Positions 25,198 to 33,211 of a stretch of DNA of 35,600 nt are shown here, in pieces. Source of the stretch: Candidatus Nanoarchaeia archaeon (lineage in GTDB: Archaea; Nanobdellota; Nanobdellia; UBA10117); NCBI GenBank assembly GCA_038851215.1, contig JAWCLD010000004.1, positions 1 to 35,600 of the forward strand. The letters are read 5' to 3'. The notes beneath the pieces are model-generated. The model saw only the letters and a program-made list of their open reading frames with translations. It was not told where the DNA came from and ran no database searches. The stretch's first letter is position 1, and each line of letters starts with the position of its first letter. A program made the translations under genes and the position numbers.

Positions 25198-25277
25198 ATT
25201 GGTAAAACAGTATTATTCATTAATAGTCTAAATCTCCAAATTACTTCTAAAAATCTTAGATTTTTTTGTATTCTCAT
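25194..25277 (-). CDS. 27-aa bridging mini-ORF MRIQKNLRFLEVIWRFRLLMNNTVLPI
   Basis: ATGA overlap with the uL29 stop and ATGA overlap with the aIF1 start. Confidence 0.5.
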   Translation of the reverse strand: MRIQKNLRFLEVIWRFRLLMNNTVLPI

Positions 25278-25468
25278 GACTTGGTTCTTTTAATCGTATT
25301 TATTTTAGCAATTGCCCTTTTTATAGCTTTCAGTTTGCCAGGACTGGCTAAAGTAGCCGTAGCTTTCTGTGCAGAAAGCTTCATTAATTCTTTTTTTAAC
25401 TCCTGCTCTTTTGCAACTAATTCAGCTTTTGGAGCTTTTCTTAATTCGGAAACTCGTACGAGGCTCAT
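25274..25468 (-). CDS. rpl29: ribosomal protein uL29
   Basis: ELR...LKKELM...PGKLKAIKRAIAKINT; synteny. Confidence 0.93.
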   Translation of the reverse strand: MSLVRVSELRKAPKAELVAKEQELKKELMKLSAQKATATLASPGKLKAIKRAIAKINTIKRTKS

Positions 25469-25469
25469 T

Positions 25470-26108
25470 TCACTGTTTACTTGGTTGCGGTTCTATATGA
25501 ACGGCAGCTTCTTTTAGCTTGATTTTGTCAGGCAGTTTTATGTCTGGCGGCATTATACTAACTTTGACGCCAACAGTGCCAGAATGTAAATCAACATTAG
25601 TTGTTGCATAATCAATTCCTTCCATTGCAACCTGGCCACATTTCATCATATAACCGGCACTAAAACGCCAATTTTGTGCTCTTTGCCCCGGTACGCCACG
25701 ACCACCTATACGAATCTCCGCACCTAAAGCGCCAGCTTGCATTATATCTTGAAGTGCTTTCCATCCTATCGCCTTAAAACGACTTGTGCCAAATCGCTCA
25801 AGCTCAGATGCTATTCTATTAGCCATAACTGTAGCATTCAGCGCTGGAACAGCAATTTCCTTAACTTCTATTTGTGGGTTTTCTAAATTAAATTTTGTCT
25901 TTAATGTTGCAGTGATATCGGAAATATTTTTTCCACTTCTACCTATAATTATGCTCGGTCTGACAGCTTCTATGGCAATTCGTTCTCCAAGAGGCGTCTT
26001 TTCAATAGAGATCTTACCAAGGCCTGCTGTTCTTGGTACTATTCGAATTATATACTCCTTGATTTTCAAAAACTTATTCTTTTCCTTAATAAATTCCCGT
26101 TCTATCAT
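25470..26108 (-). CDS. rps3: ribosomal protein uS3
   Basis: KTPLG, IIGRSG, GALGAEI, GVKVSIMPP. Confidence 0.97.
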   Translation of the reverse strand: MIEREFIKEKNKFLKIKEYIIRIVPRTAGLGKISIEKTPLGERIAIEAVRPSIIIGRSGKNISDITATLKTKFNLENPQIEVKEIAVPALNATVMANRIASELERFGTSRFKAIGWKALQDIMQAGALGAEIRIGGRGVPGQRAQNWRFSAGYMMKCGQVAMEGIDYATTNVDLHSGTVGVKVSIMPPDIKLPDKIKLKEAAVHIEPQPSKQ

Positions 26109-26590
26109 TTTACTTGGGCCTCTTTTTTATTTTTTTCTTTCTTTTCTTGTTTAATTTCCTTTGCAATAAGCTCAAAATGTGTGTTTTTTCTTTCAAGACC
26201 AACTTTTCTACCATATCTATGGCGAATCGGTCCTTTCTGTGCTGCTGCATGTATTATAGTCAAATTATTGACATCAAAGTTTTTGTTTCTTGCAGCACCC
26301 TGCAAATTTCGCAGCAATTTAATAATGTACCTCGAAGCTTTCACAGGATACCGTGCGGCAGAGCCGATACCGGGCTTTGGCGCAACATCCATACAATATC
26401 TCGTGTAAGGAATTGCGACTTTCTTTTCAATCACATTTTCGAGGGCTTTCAATGCCCAGGTTACTTTTCTACCTTTAATGAATTTTGCAATCTCATAGCT
26501 TGCTTTATGCGATATTGGTAAGTTTCGTCCAGCTACGCGAACCATTGTCTTAGAATCAAAGCCCTGGAAACTGTATCGCAACGATGTCAT
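26105..26590 (-). CDS. rpl22: ribosomal protein uL22
   Basis: ISHKASYEI, RYPVKAS, THFELI. Confidence 0.96.
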   Translation of the reverse strand: MTSLRYSFQGFDSKTMVRVAGRNLPISHKASYEIAKFIKGRKVTWALKALENVIEKKVAIPYTRYCMDVAPKPGIGSAARYPVKASRYIIKLLRNLQGAARNKNFDVNNLTIIHAAAQKGPIRHRYGRKVGLERKNTHFELIAKEIKQEKKEKNKKEAQVK

Positions 26591-26599
26591 TTTGCAACT

Positions 26600-26995
26600 T
26601 TATTTCACAGACAGGAACTTGGAGCCTCTTGTAGCACCAATACCTGGACCTCCATGCTTTACGTCTTTTGCGTTTAAGACGAAATCGCCTAAACGATTAC
26701 CAACCATCTCTGCATTTATTTGCACAGGAACAAATTCCTTACCATTGTGAACGGCTATCTTGAGACCGAACATTATAGGCAAAATTGGCATTTCTCGGCA
26801 ATGAGTCTTTATCATTTTTTTATACTTGCCTTCTTTCGCTTTGACGATTTTGGCCAAAAGTTTTTGCTCTTGCTCAGAAAATCCTCGCCTAAATACTCTT
26901 CTGACTCTAGAAGGCACTAATTGAGCGAATGCGTTTAAGTCTAGCTGCTTCAATTCCTCTTCAGTTTTGCCCTTATAGGTAAATATTTTTGCCAT
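26600..26995 (-). CDS. rps19: ribosomal protein uS19
   Basis: IKTHCR, VHNGKEF, HGGPGIGATRGS. Confidence 0.98.
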   Translation of the reverse strand: MAKIFTYKGKTEEELKQLDLNAFAQLVPSRVRRVFRRGFSEQEQKLLAKIVKAKEGKYKKMIKTHCREMPILPIMFGLKIAVHNGKEFVPVQINAEMVGNRLGDFVLNAKDVKHGGPGIGATRGSKFLSVK

Positions 26996-27000
26996 GAGCG

Positions 27001-27720
27001 TTACTTACCTCTTCCTGTTTTTCTTGCACCGAGCAAGCCAACTTTTCTACCTGGCGGTATACCCCATTTTCGCGTGGTTGTCGGCCTGCCTTTAGTTCGT
27101 CTGTGTGTTCCACCGAATGGATGGTCAACAGCGTTCATAGCTACACCTGCAACACGCGGAAATATTCGTCCACCTTTTGCCCGTAAGGCAATGAACTTCT
27201 TGCCTGCTTTAACCCAAGGCTTTTCTGGTCTGCCGCCGCCTGCTATTACACCAATAGTTGCTCGGCATCGTGGGTCAAGTAAAAGTGTTTGTTTTGATGG
27301 TAAGCGCACAAGAACTTTTCCTGCTTCCTTGCCTACAATCGTAGCTGCGGAGCCTGAAGTTCGCACAAGTTCAGGCCCATTATAAGGTATTCGTTCTATG
27401 CTATTAATAGGGTAGCCTGAAGGTATTTCGCTAATAGGAATTATGTTGCCAATTTCAATTGGCGCGCCTGCTCCAGCGTAAACTACTGCACCAACTTTGA
27501 TGCCGAGTGGGGCAGGCAAAAGCGCCGTATCGCCATTTTCATACTTAACTATCATTAAAGGAGCAGAATGGCCTGAAGAATTTGCTATTTCGATAACCTC
27601 GCCTTTAAGAAGCTCTTTTGCAGGTGCAGGATATTCAATAGTACCTAACCATCGATGAGACTTAGCTCTATACCGAGGTCCACCTTTTCCTCGAGCCTGC
27701 ATTATTAATCTCTTACCCAT
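27001..27720 (-). CDS. rpl2: ribosomal protein uL2
   Basis: MGKRLIMQARG, LPSK, GVAMNAVDHPFGG, PPGRKVG. Confidence 0.98.
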   Translation of the reverse strand: MGKRLIMQARGKGGPRYRAKSHRWLGTIEYPAPAKELLKGEVIEIANSSGHSAPLMIVKYENGDTALLPAPLGIKVGAVVYAGAGAPIEIGNIIPISEIPSGYPINSIERIPYNGPELVRTSGSAATIVGKEAGKVLVRLPSKQTLLLDPRCRATIGVIAGGGRPEKPWVKAGKKFIALRAKGGRIFPRVAGVAMNAVDHPFGGTHRRTKGRPTTTRKWGIPPGRKVGLLGARKTGRGK

Positions 27721-27726
27721 TTTAGT

Positions 27727-27996
27727 TTATGTTAATCCGAGTGCTGTTGTTACGTCGGCAGCTGGTGTTTCAGGCTTTAGTTTAATGTAAGCTTTTTTTT
27801 CGCCCGTTCGTGTTATTAGCGTGTTTACAGCCGCAACTTTAACATTAAAGGCCTTCTCGGCAGCCCATTTTATTGCAGCCTTTGTCGCCTTTGAATCAAC
27901 GATGAAAATAAGTTTATTTTCTGCTTCCATTTGCCTTACTGCTTTTTCTGTTGAGAGAGGATATTTTAATATATCATATGGATTTTTTATTGCCAT
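27727..27996 (-). CDS. rpl23: ribosomal protein uL23
   Basis: PLSTEKA, NKLIFIV, KKAYIKL; start at ATG 27996. Confidence 0.97.
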   Translation of the reverse strand: MAIKNPYDILKYPLSTEKAVRQMEAENKLIFIVDSKATKAAIKWAAEKAFNVKVAAVNTLITRTGEKKAYIKLKPETPAADVTTALGLT

Positions 27997-28799
27997 AGTT
28001 TCTCCTTTTCTAATATGTCTAGCGCAGGTTTTGTCCACAACGTAAGCCTTGCTGGTTGTGCTCCTGGTGCAAGCAATGCGGCATTTAGCGATTTCACTGG
28101 TACAATATCAATGCCAACAAGATTCGCTGCAGCTTTTTGTAAATTGCAGGGCTTTGAAACTACAATTAAAGGCCCACATCTTACTTTGTAGCGTCTACCT
28201 CGCATTTTTCCCTTACCTGCGCGAATCTTTTTTGGCTTTGTTCGCGCTAGTTCTTCCTTTAACCCTAAAGCTTTGAGTAGCCTATAAACTTCTCTTGTTT
28301 TTTGTATAGATTCGCACTTATCTTCTAAGACTATTGGTAAAATTTTTATCTCATTAATCTTATGATTTCTTGCAACTAATTCTGGTATAGCAGTTGCAGC
28401 AAGGGCACTTCTTATTGCTTTGCGATTTTCCTTTTTGTTTATTTTTTCCTTAAATATGCGCTCAACTTTTGGCGGAAAACTTTTCATTCCTTTAACGGTT
28501 TGGCCACCTCTTGCGCCAACCCAACCAAATTGTTCTCCACGCCTCCATCTATATTTTCTAGCAACTCTAGAGATACCCCTGCCATAAGTGCTGCCGAATT
28601 TTCGTCTTCGCTTTGGCCAAGCTTTTCCTTGCCTTTTACCAGCAAGCGGGTCAGTACCGTAAGCTTGGTGCTGACTCGACATTACTGCAAGGGCGGCACG
28701 CTTAATCAAATCTGCCCTGACAGGCTCATTAAACTGCGCAGGTAATTCTATCTCTGAAATGGCTTTTCCTTCCATAGATAAGATTGGAACTTTTGCCAT
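27987..28799 (-). CDS. rpl4: ribosomal protein uL4
   Basis: [32 protein letters not shown]. Confidence 0.97.
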   Translation of the reverse strand: MAKVPILSMEGKAISEIELPAQFNEPVRADLIKRAALAVMSSQHQAYGTDPLAGKRQGKAWPKRRRKFGSTYGRGISRVARKYRWRRGEQFGWVGARGGQTVKGMKSFPPKVERIFKEKINKKENRKAIRSALAATAIPELVARNHKINEIKILPIVLEDKCESIQKTREVYRLLKALGLKEELARTKPKKIRAGKGKMRGRRYKVRCGPLIVVSKPCNLQKAAANLVGIDIVPVKSLNAALLAPGAQPARLTLWTKPALDILEKEKLWQ

Positions 28800-28800
28800 G

Positions 28801-29802
28801 TTAACCTTGCTGGCTTCTTAGGCTTATATGTGTAATATCTGGAGCCTGTTCGAAGTGTGCTTTGCGTGGCCTGATAGCATGTGATAGAATGACGAGGCGC
28901 TTTTTGGGTCCTGGAATTGAGCCGTCAATCAAAATAAAATTATTTTTGACTAAACCGTAACGAGAAAATCCAGAAATAGGGTTGATATTCAACTCTCTTG
29001 TATTAGAAATTTTGATAATTTGCTTGTTATAATCGGTTCGTTTGTGGAAACCCATTTGACCTGGTTGCAAAACCCACCAACCTGTTACAGCAGGGGTGAT
29101 TGGACCCATTGTTTGTCTGTGTCGTCTGCCAAATTCCGCCTTGTGGCTTGCTAACTTAACACCATATCGCTTAATATCGCCTGCAAACCCTTTACCTTTT
29201 GTCACAGCATGAACGTCTACGTATTGGCCCGGTTTAAACACATCTGTAATGAAAATGTCTTTTCCTAAAATGCTTACAGCATAATTAAATTGCTCTTCTG
29301 CAGAGATACCTCCAATTGGAATTTCAAAAACTTCTGGCGTTTTCTTACCAAGACCAGTGCTTCTCGGTTGGGTGTGAACTATAACTCTAACTTCGGTAGC
29401 ATGAGGTAATTTTGTTTTTAATTGCTCTAAAGTCGATTTCTTTTTCTTAGGAAGATTTAGCTTACGTGCTAAATCCTTCCCTAAATTATCTGCCCAAACT
29501 TCTCCTATAACTTTTACACCATAAGGAGTTGCTTTGTAAAGTCTAATAGATAATACTTTCAATGGCGGAGTCTCGACAACAGTTACGGCTTTCTTCAATT
29601 CTTCGCCTTTAGTTGGAGATTTTGGCCTATTGTCTACTACTATTACAGAAAGCATTCCTGCCTTGTAACCCGCGAATCCTAACAACTTAACTTCTTTCTT
29701 CTTTGCAAAATTCTTAACAATAGGATAGATTCGCTTGGCTCGCTTCCGCGGCCACACTCCTAATGATCCTCGTCTCGGTCTTTTTCTTTTGATGTGTCCC
29801 AT
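28801..29802 (-). CDS. rpl3: ribosomal protein uL3
   Basis: PRRGSLGVWPRKRA, GYKAGM, TKGKG, GQMGFHKRT; start at ATG 29802. Confidence 0.98.
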   Translation of the reverse strand: MGHIKRKRPRRGSLGVWPRKRAKRIYPIVKNFAKKKEVKLLGFAGYKAGMLSVIVVDNRPKSPTKGEELKKAVTVVETPPLKVLSIRLYKATPYGVKVIGEVWADNLGKDLARKLNLPKKKKSTLEQLKTKLPHATEVRVIVHTQPRSTGLGKKTPEVFEIPIGGISAEEQFNYAVSILGKDIFITDVFKPGQYVDVHAVTKGKGFAGDIKRYGVKLASHKAEFGRRHRQTMGPITPAVTGWWVLQPGQMGFHKRTDYNKQIIKISNTRELNINPISGFSRYGLVKNNFILIDGSIPGPKKRLVILSHAIRPRKAHFEQAPDITHISLRSQQG

Positions 29803-29833
29803 TTCATTTATGTTTGCCGCAATAGCTAACTTC

Positions 29834-29911
29834 AAATGGATTGCCAAAATACAGGCGTTCCATTTTTGCGGGTCATATGCGACCCATAGCTAATGGAGGC
29901 GGCTAGCCTGT
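29834..29911 (-). promoter_or_regulatory. structured 5' leader of the uL3 operon (candidate r-leader)
   Basis: Nested stems ACAGGC/GCCUGU, UCCAUU/AAUGGA, GGGUC/GACCC downstream of GAAAGG-TTTAAAAA (TATA about 29931-29938). Confidence 0.65.
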
Positions 29912-29959
29912 GTTTGCCTTTAAAACGAGATTTTTAAACCTTTCACTTTATTTGAAGCC

Positions 29960-31171
29960 ATGCAAAGAGTATCCTTTCCAAACAAACTTGCAGGAGAGCC
30001 TGGCATAAGTCTTCTATTTGCAACTTGGCTGAAGCGAAAAGGGCTATTAGGTCTTTTCTTGGAAAAAAAGAAAAATTTCAAAGGCCTCGAATTAATTTGC
30101 GCAGATAAAGATTGCCAAGAGCCCAAAGCATTGTCTAATTATAGCTGTGGAGAATGTGGCGCGGGACCATTAAAGCTACAAGCTGATGTCATAATAGAAG
30201 GTGGTATCGAAAAAATTGTTCCAAGTACATTGCGAATATGGTGTCCTAGAGGCCACAGTTTATATGGTAAGCGATTCGACGCGAGGTGTGAAAAAGATGG
30301 TGCACGGCTAAAATATTTTTTAGTTGGAAATGAAAGAGATGAATTTTTATTATATTCAATATTAGAACTTTCTTTAGGCGAAGCCTATAAGACAACTACA
30401 TATTATCAAGCATATTTGAGTTGTGGTAGCAACGTAAGAAAAGCATTGAGCTGGCTCGCAGAGGAAGGCTTTCTTGAAAAGAAGGAATTGGGTTTGACGT
30501 ACAGACGATGGATAAACGAACCTGACGCTTATAAAATTACTATGAAAGGCTGTGAAAAGCATAGCGAGTTCTGCCAAATTCTTGGTGATCCGCTGCGCCA
30601 AGAATTTGGTGAAATGGTACATTATAGAAGCTGCGAACTGTCGAAAATTGAAGAAAATTTAGAGCAAAAAATCCAAAGATACAATACACTTATTCGAGAA
30701 CTAAAAGTTTCAGATTTGCCTCAGGAGACAATAGATAAAATTTGTGCAGAATTTACGCCAGACGACATTTTTTACAAAAAGCTCGATGAGGCAATTAAAA
30801 ACAAACAATTACCTGAAGAAAAAAGAGAAAAATTCATGGTTTTAAGAAATCAGCAACTTAGCCAAGAGGATAAACTCGAACTAGTTAAGGAATTTAAAAT
30901 GAAAGCTACAAGTATTAAAAAGATGCTTGCAATCGAGCTTAAGCACGATTTAAAGAAGGGTACGCAAACTATTTTTCCACTTTTAGAAAAATTATATTAT
31001 AATCCTGGTATCATTACTATTAAACAAATAGGTTGTATTTATTTTTTTCAAATACCTCACCTAACAAAAGATAAGTTCACATTAATTAAACATGTACCGA
31101 GTAGCTATCTACCACAAATTTACGAAGCCGATAAGAGATATGTAGATTGGGAACTTGCGAGGGAGTTATGA
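29960..31171 (+). CDS. hypothetical protein: Cys-rich zinc knuckles, wHTH-like segment, coiled coil
   Basis: CADKDC, CGEC, CPRGH, CEKD; VRKALSWLAEEGFLEK...YKITMKG; 403-aa ORF, start uncertain. Confidence 0.65.
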   Translation: MQRVSFPNKLAGEPGISLLFATWLKRKGLLGLFLEKKKNFKGLELICADKDCQEPKALSNYSCGECGAGPLKLQADVIIEGGIEKIVPSTLRIWCPRGHSLYGKRFDARCEKDGARLKYFLVGNERDEFLLYSILELSLGEAYKTTTYYQAYLSCGSNVRKALSWLAEEGFLEKKELGLTYRRWINEPDAYKITMKGCEKHSEFCQILGDPLRQEFGEMVHYRSCELSKIEENLEQKIQRYNTLIRELKVSDLPQETIDKICAEFTPDDIFYKKLDEAIKNKQLPEEKREKFMVLRNQQLSQEDKLELVKEFKMKATSIKKMLAIELKHDLKKGTQTIFPLLEKLYYNPGIITIKQIGCIYFFQIPHLTKDKFTLIKHVPSSYLPQIYEADKRYVDWELAREL

Positions 31172-31746
31172 AGCGGGCAAAGTGGGCATTTTATCTTTCG
31201 CCATATGAAGTTGCGCTTGCGGCTACACAAGGCGTGGAAGCTGCCAAAAAGCACATCAAAGACGGAATTGATGCAGTTAGTATCACATATACGTGGAGCG
31301 ATGAAGAAAAAAGGAGAAGAAGTTGTCAAAAGCTTGAAAAAGTGCTTAAGGAACATTTCAAATATCAGCCGCCTTATGCTGTGGATAGCTATTGCACAGC
31401 TTATGCCCAAGGTCTGGAGCATCTAACTTGCAAGTGCGATGGCATTAGCGGTAGACCAAATGCAATTCTTTTGCTTAACGAAAATAAGTTAGCATTACTA
31501 CAATTTAGAAATAATATTGATGAAATTGCAATTTTGCAAGCGGTCGGCCTTAATCTAATTATGCGTTGTAACAAAAAGAGAATAGCAAAAAAATTTTATA
31601 ATAAGCCGCCACAAAATGTTGAAATAAGTGGGACTATTTATTTTCTCACAAAGGAGAAAATCTTAGAGCATTTAATCGAATCAAGTGAAGAAGATAAATT
31701 TAAGTCGTTTGCTAAAGAGTTAAGGCAAAAGCTTGCACTTGGTTAA
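31168..31746 (+). CDS. hypothetical protein
   Basis: ATG 31168 overlaps the upstream TGA (ATGA); 192 aa; no family recognised. Confidence 0.65.
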   Translation: MKRAKWAFYLSPYEVALAATQGVEAAKKHIKDGIDAVSITYTWSDEEKRRRSCQKLEKVLKEHFKYQPPYAVDSYCTAYAQGLEHLTCKCDGISGRPNAILLLNENKLALLQFRNNIDEIAILQAVGLNLIMRCNKKRIAKKFYNKPPQNVEISGTIYFLTKEKILEHLIESSEEDKFKSFAKELRQKLALG

Positions 31747-31764
31747 TACTTCTTTGCCGTGGAG

Positions 31765-31995
31765 CTAATTTGTTTTCCAAGCCTTTTCGATTACAGATAA
31801 AAGACCAGTTAACGTTGTCAAGACTGCTCTGAAGGCGGTTGCATCCTCTGCCCTTACACTTATTTTGAGTTTTGAATTTAATTTCATTACATAGTTTGCT
31901 CTAGTTGTCTTAAAAACTGTTTCAGGCTCGAGAGCGGTGTAGCAAGCTTTAAGAAATTCTTTATCGCCTTCAATTATAATTTCAGCAGATAGCAT
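31765..31995 (-). CDS. pcc1: KEOPS complex subunit Pcc1
   Basis: ALEPE...R, ISVRAEDATAFRAVL; position after rpl37ae-rpoP. Confidence 0.85.
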   Translation of the reverse strand: MLSAEIIIEGDKEFLKACYTALEPETVFKTTRANYVMKLNSKLKISVRAEDATAFRAVLTTLTGLLSVIEKAWKTN

Positions 31996-32042
31996 AATTA
32001 AAAAAGATTTTATATGCATTAAAGCTTTTCATTATTAGTACC

Positions 32043-32180
32043 TTATCGAGCCTTAACTTTCTTTACAGTGCCAGTTCTTGTTTTCATTATTATTCTGGCG
32101 CTGCAGTAGGGACAAATTATTCTCTTACTTATATCAAGTTCGGTGAGTTCTTTTTGGCAATAAAAACACTTGTATGGCAT
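32043..32180 (-). CDS. rpoP: RNA polymerase subunit P (Rpo12), 45 aa
   Basis: MPYKCFYCQKEL...IICPYCSARIIMKTRTGTVKKVKAR; below the ORF-track cutoff. Confidence 0.93.
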   Translation of the reverse strand: MPYKCFYCQKELTELDISKRIICPYCSARIIMKTRTGTVKKVKAR

Positions 32181-32181
32181 T

Positions 32182-32433
32182 TCAAACTATCTCCTGCACT
32201 GCTAATGGTTTTTCCAGTCCAGGTTCATAAGCTTTGCCTGCAAACTTGCTGCCGCAACTCTTGCAAAGCCAAATTCCACTAGCGATTCTTTTAAGGGTAA
32301 ATTTAAAGCATTCTGGGCACTTATGTTTTTGTTTTTGTACTTGTTCTATTTCAAGAACTTTTTTTCTTATTCGTAAGCCATAGCGAGCGCCAAAACGGCC
32401 CGCCCTGCCGATTTTTTTTGTATGTGATGGCAT
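32182..32433 (-). CDS. rpl37ae: ribosomal protein eL43 (L37Ae)
   Basis: AGRFGARYG, CPEC, GIWLCKSCG, FAGKAY. Confidence 0.97.
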   Translation of the reverse strand: MPSHTKKIGRAGRFGARYGLRIRKKVLEIEQVQKQKHKCPECFKFTLKRIASGIWLCKSCGSKFAGKAYEPGLEKPLAVQEIV

Positions 32434-32479
32434 TTCTTTCAACCGAGAATCCTAAATTTCTTTATAAGCGTATCGGAAG

Positions 32480-32619
32480 CGCCGAGGCAGGGATTTGAAC
32501 CCTGAAGCCCTTGCGGGCATACGCTGTCTTCCTTTGATTAGACTCAAGGCGTACGCATTTTTCCGCTCAGTCACATAGCTTAATTATGCTAGCTGAGGAC
32601 CGGATTCTGCCACCTCGGC
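32480..32619 (-). tRNA. tRNA-Ser(TGA) with two introns (32560-32598 at 20/21; 32526-32542 at 37/38)
   Basis: Acceptor GCCGAGG/CCTCGGC with G73, stem TACGC/GCGTA, TGA at 32546-32544, variable arm GCCCGCAAGGGC, GGTTCAAATCC. Confidence 0.9.
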
Positions 32620-32731
32620 ACCTATTTACTTCTTATTTAATGAGCTAAAAGCTTTTTGCTAAAGAGATACTCTATAGTAGCGGCATAGCAGCAAGAAAGG
32701 TTTTATAAAGGCAATTTTTTGCCTTGAGATA

Positions 32732-33172
32732 ATGACAGCAAAGCCAAAGTTCAAATTCTTGGAGAAATTAGTAACAGCAGATATTGCTTTTGAAGCATTT
32801 GGAAAAAATCTTAACGAAGTTTTCGAAAATTCTGCTTTTGCATTATGCGCAACAATGGTTCAGCCAAAATCAATGGTAGCAAAAATCAAAAAAATAATTA
32901 AAATGCAAAACAAAGACATAAACACATTATTGATAGATTTTCTAAATGAGCTAATTTATTACAAGGACGCTGAATCCTTATTATTTCCTAAAGTCAAAGT
33001 TAAAATTGTTGAAAAAAATGGTATTTATCTTTTAACAGCGGAAGTTGCGGGTGAAAAAATAGATTTCCAGAAGCATAAAGTACTCGCTGATGTGAAAGCA
33101 GCTACTTGGCATCTTTTTGAGCTGCAAAAGAAAGGTAAAGCTTGGCGCGCACAAGTTGTACTAGATATCTAA
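32732..33172 (+). CDS. archease (RtcB cofactor)
   Basis: TADIAFEAFG, FENSA, DVKAATWH, VVLDI. Confidence 0.95.
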   Translation: MTAKPKFKFLEKLVTADIAFEAFGKNLNEVFENSAFALCATMVQPKSMVAKIKKIIKMQNKDINTLLIDFLNELIYYKDAESLLFPKVKVKIVEKNGIYLLTAEVAGEKIDFQKHKVLADVKAATWHLFELQKKGKAWRAQVVLDI

Positions 33173-33211
33173 AGACTTAAAAAATTCTAATTTTCTTTTA
33201 ATAAGATTACA

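Noticed and set aside
3127-28745. Numerous + strand ORFs antisense to SppA, S2P, secY and ribosomal protein genes
   Set aside because: They lie wholly opposite well-recognised genes and carry no motifs; shadow ORFs.
29803-29847. TTG-initiated N-terminal extension of uL3
   Set aside because: Homology starts at MGHIKR (29802); the upstream part belongs to the 5' leader.
31982-32032. Mini-ORF between rpoP and pcc1
   Set aside because: Loose fit at both ends (10-nt gap, 14-nt overlap) and it coincides with a likely BRE/TATA.
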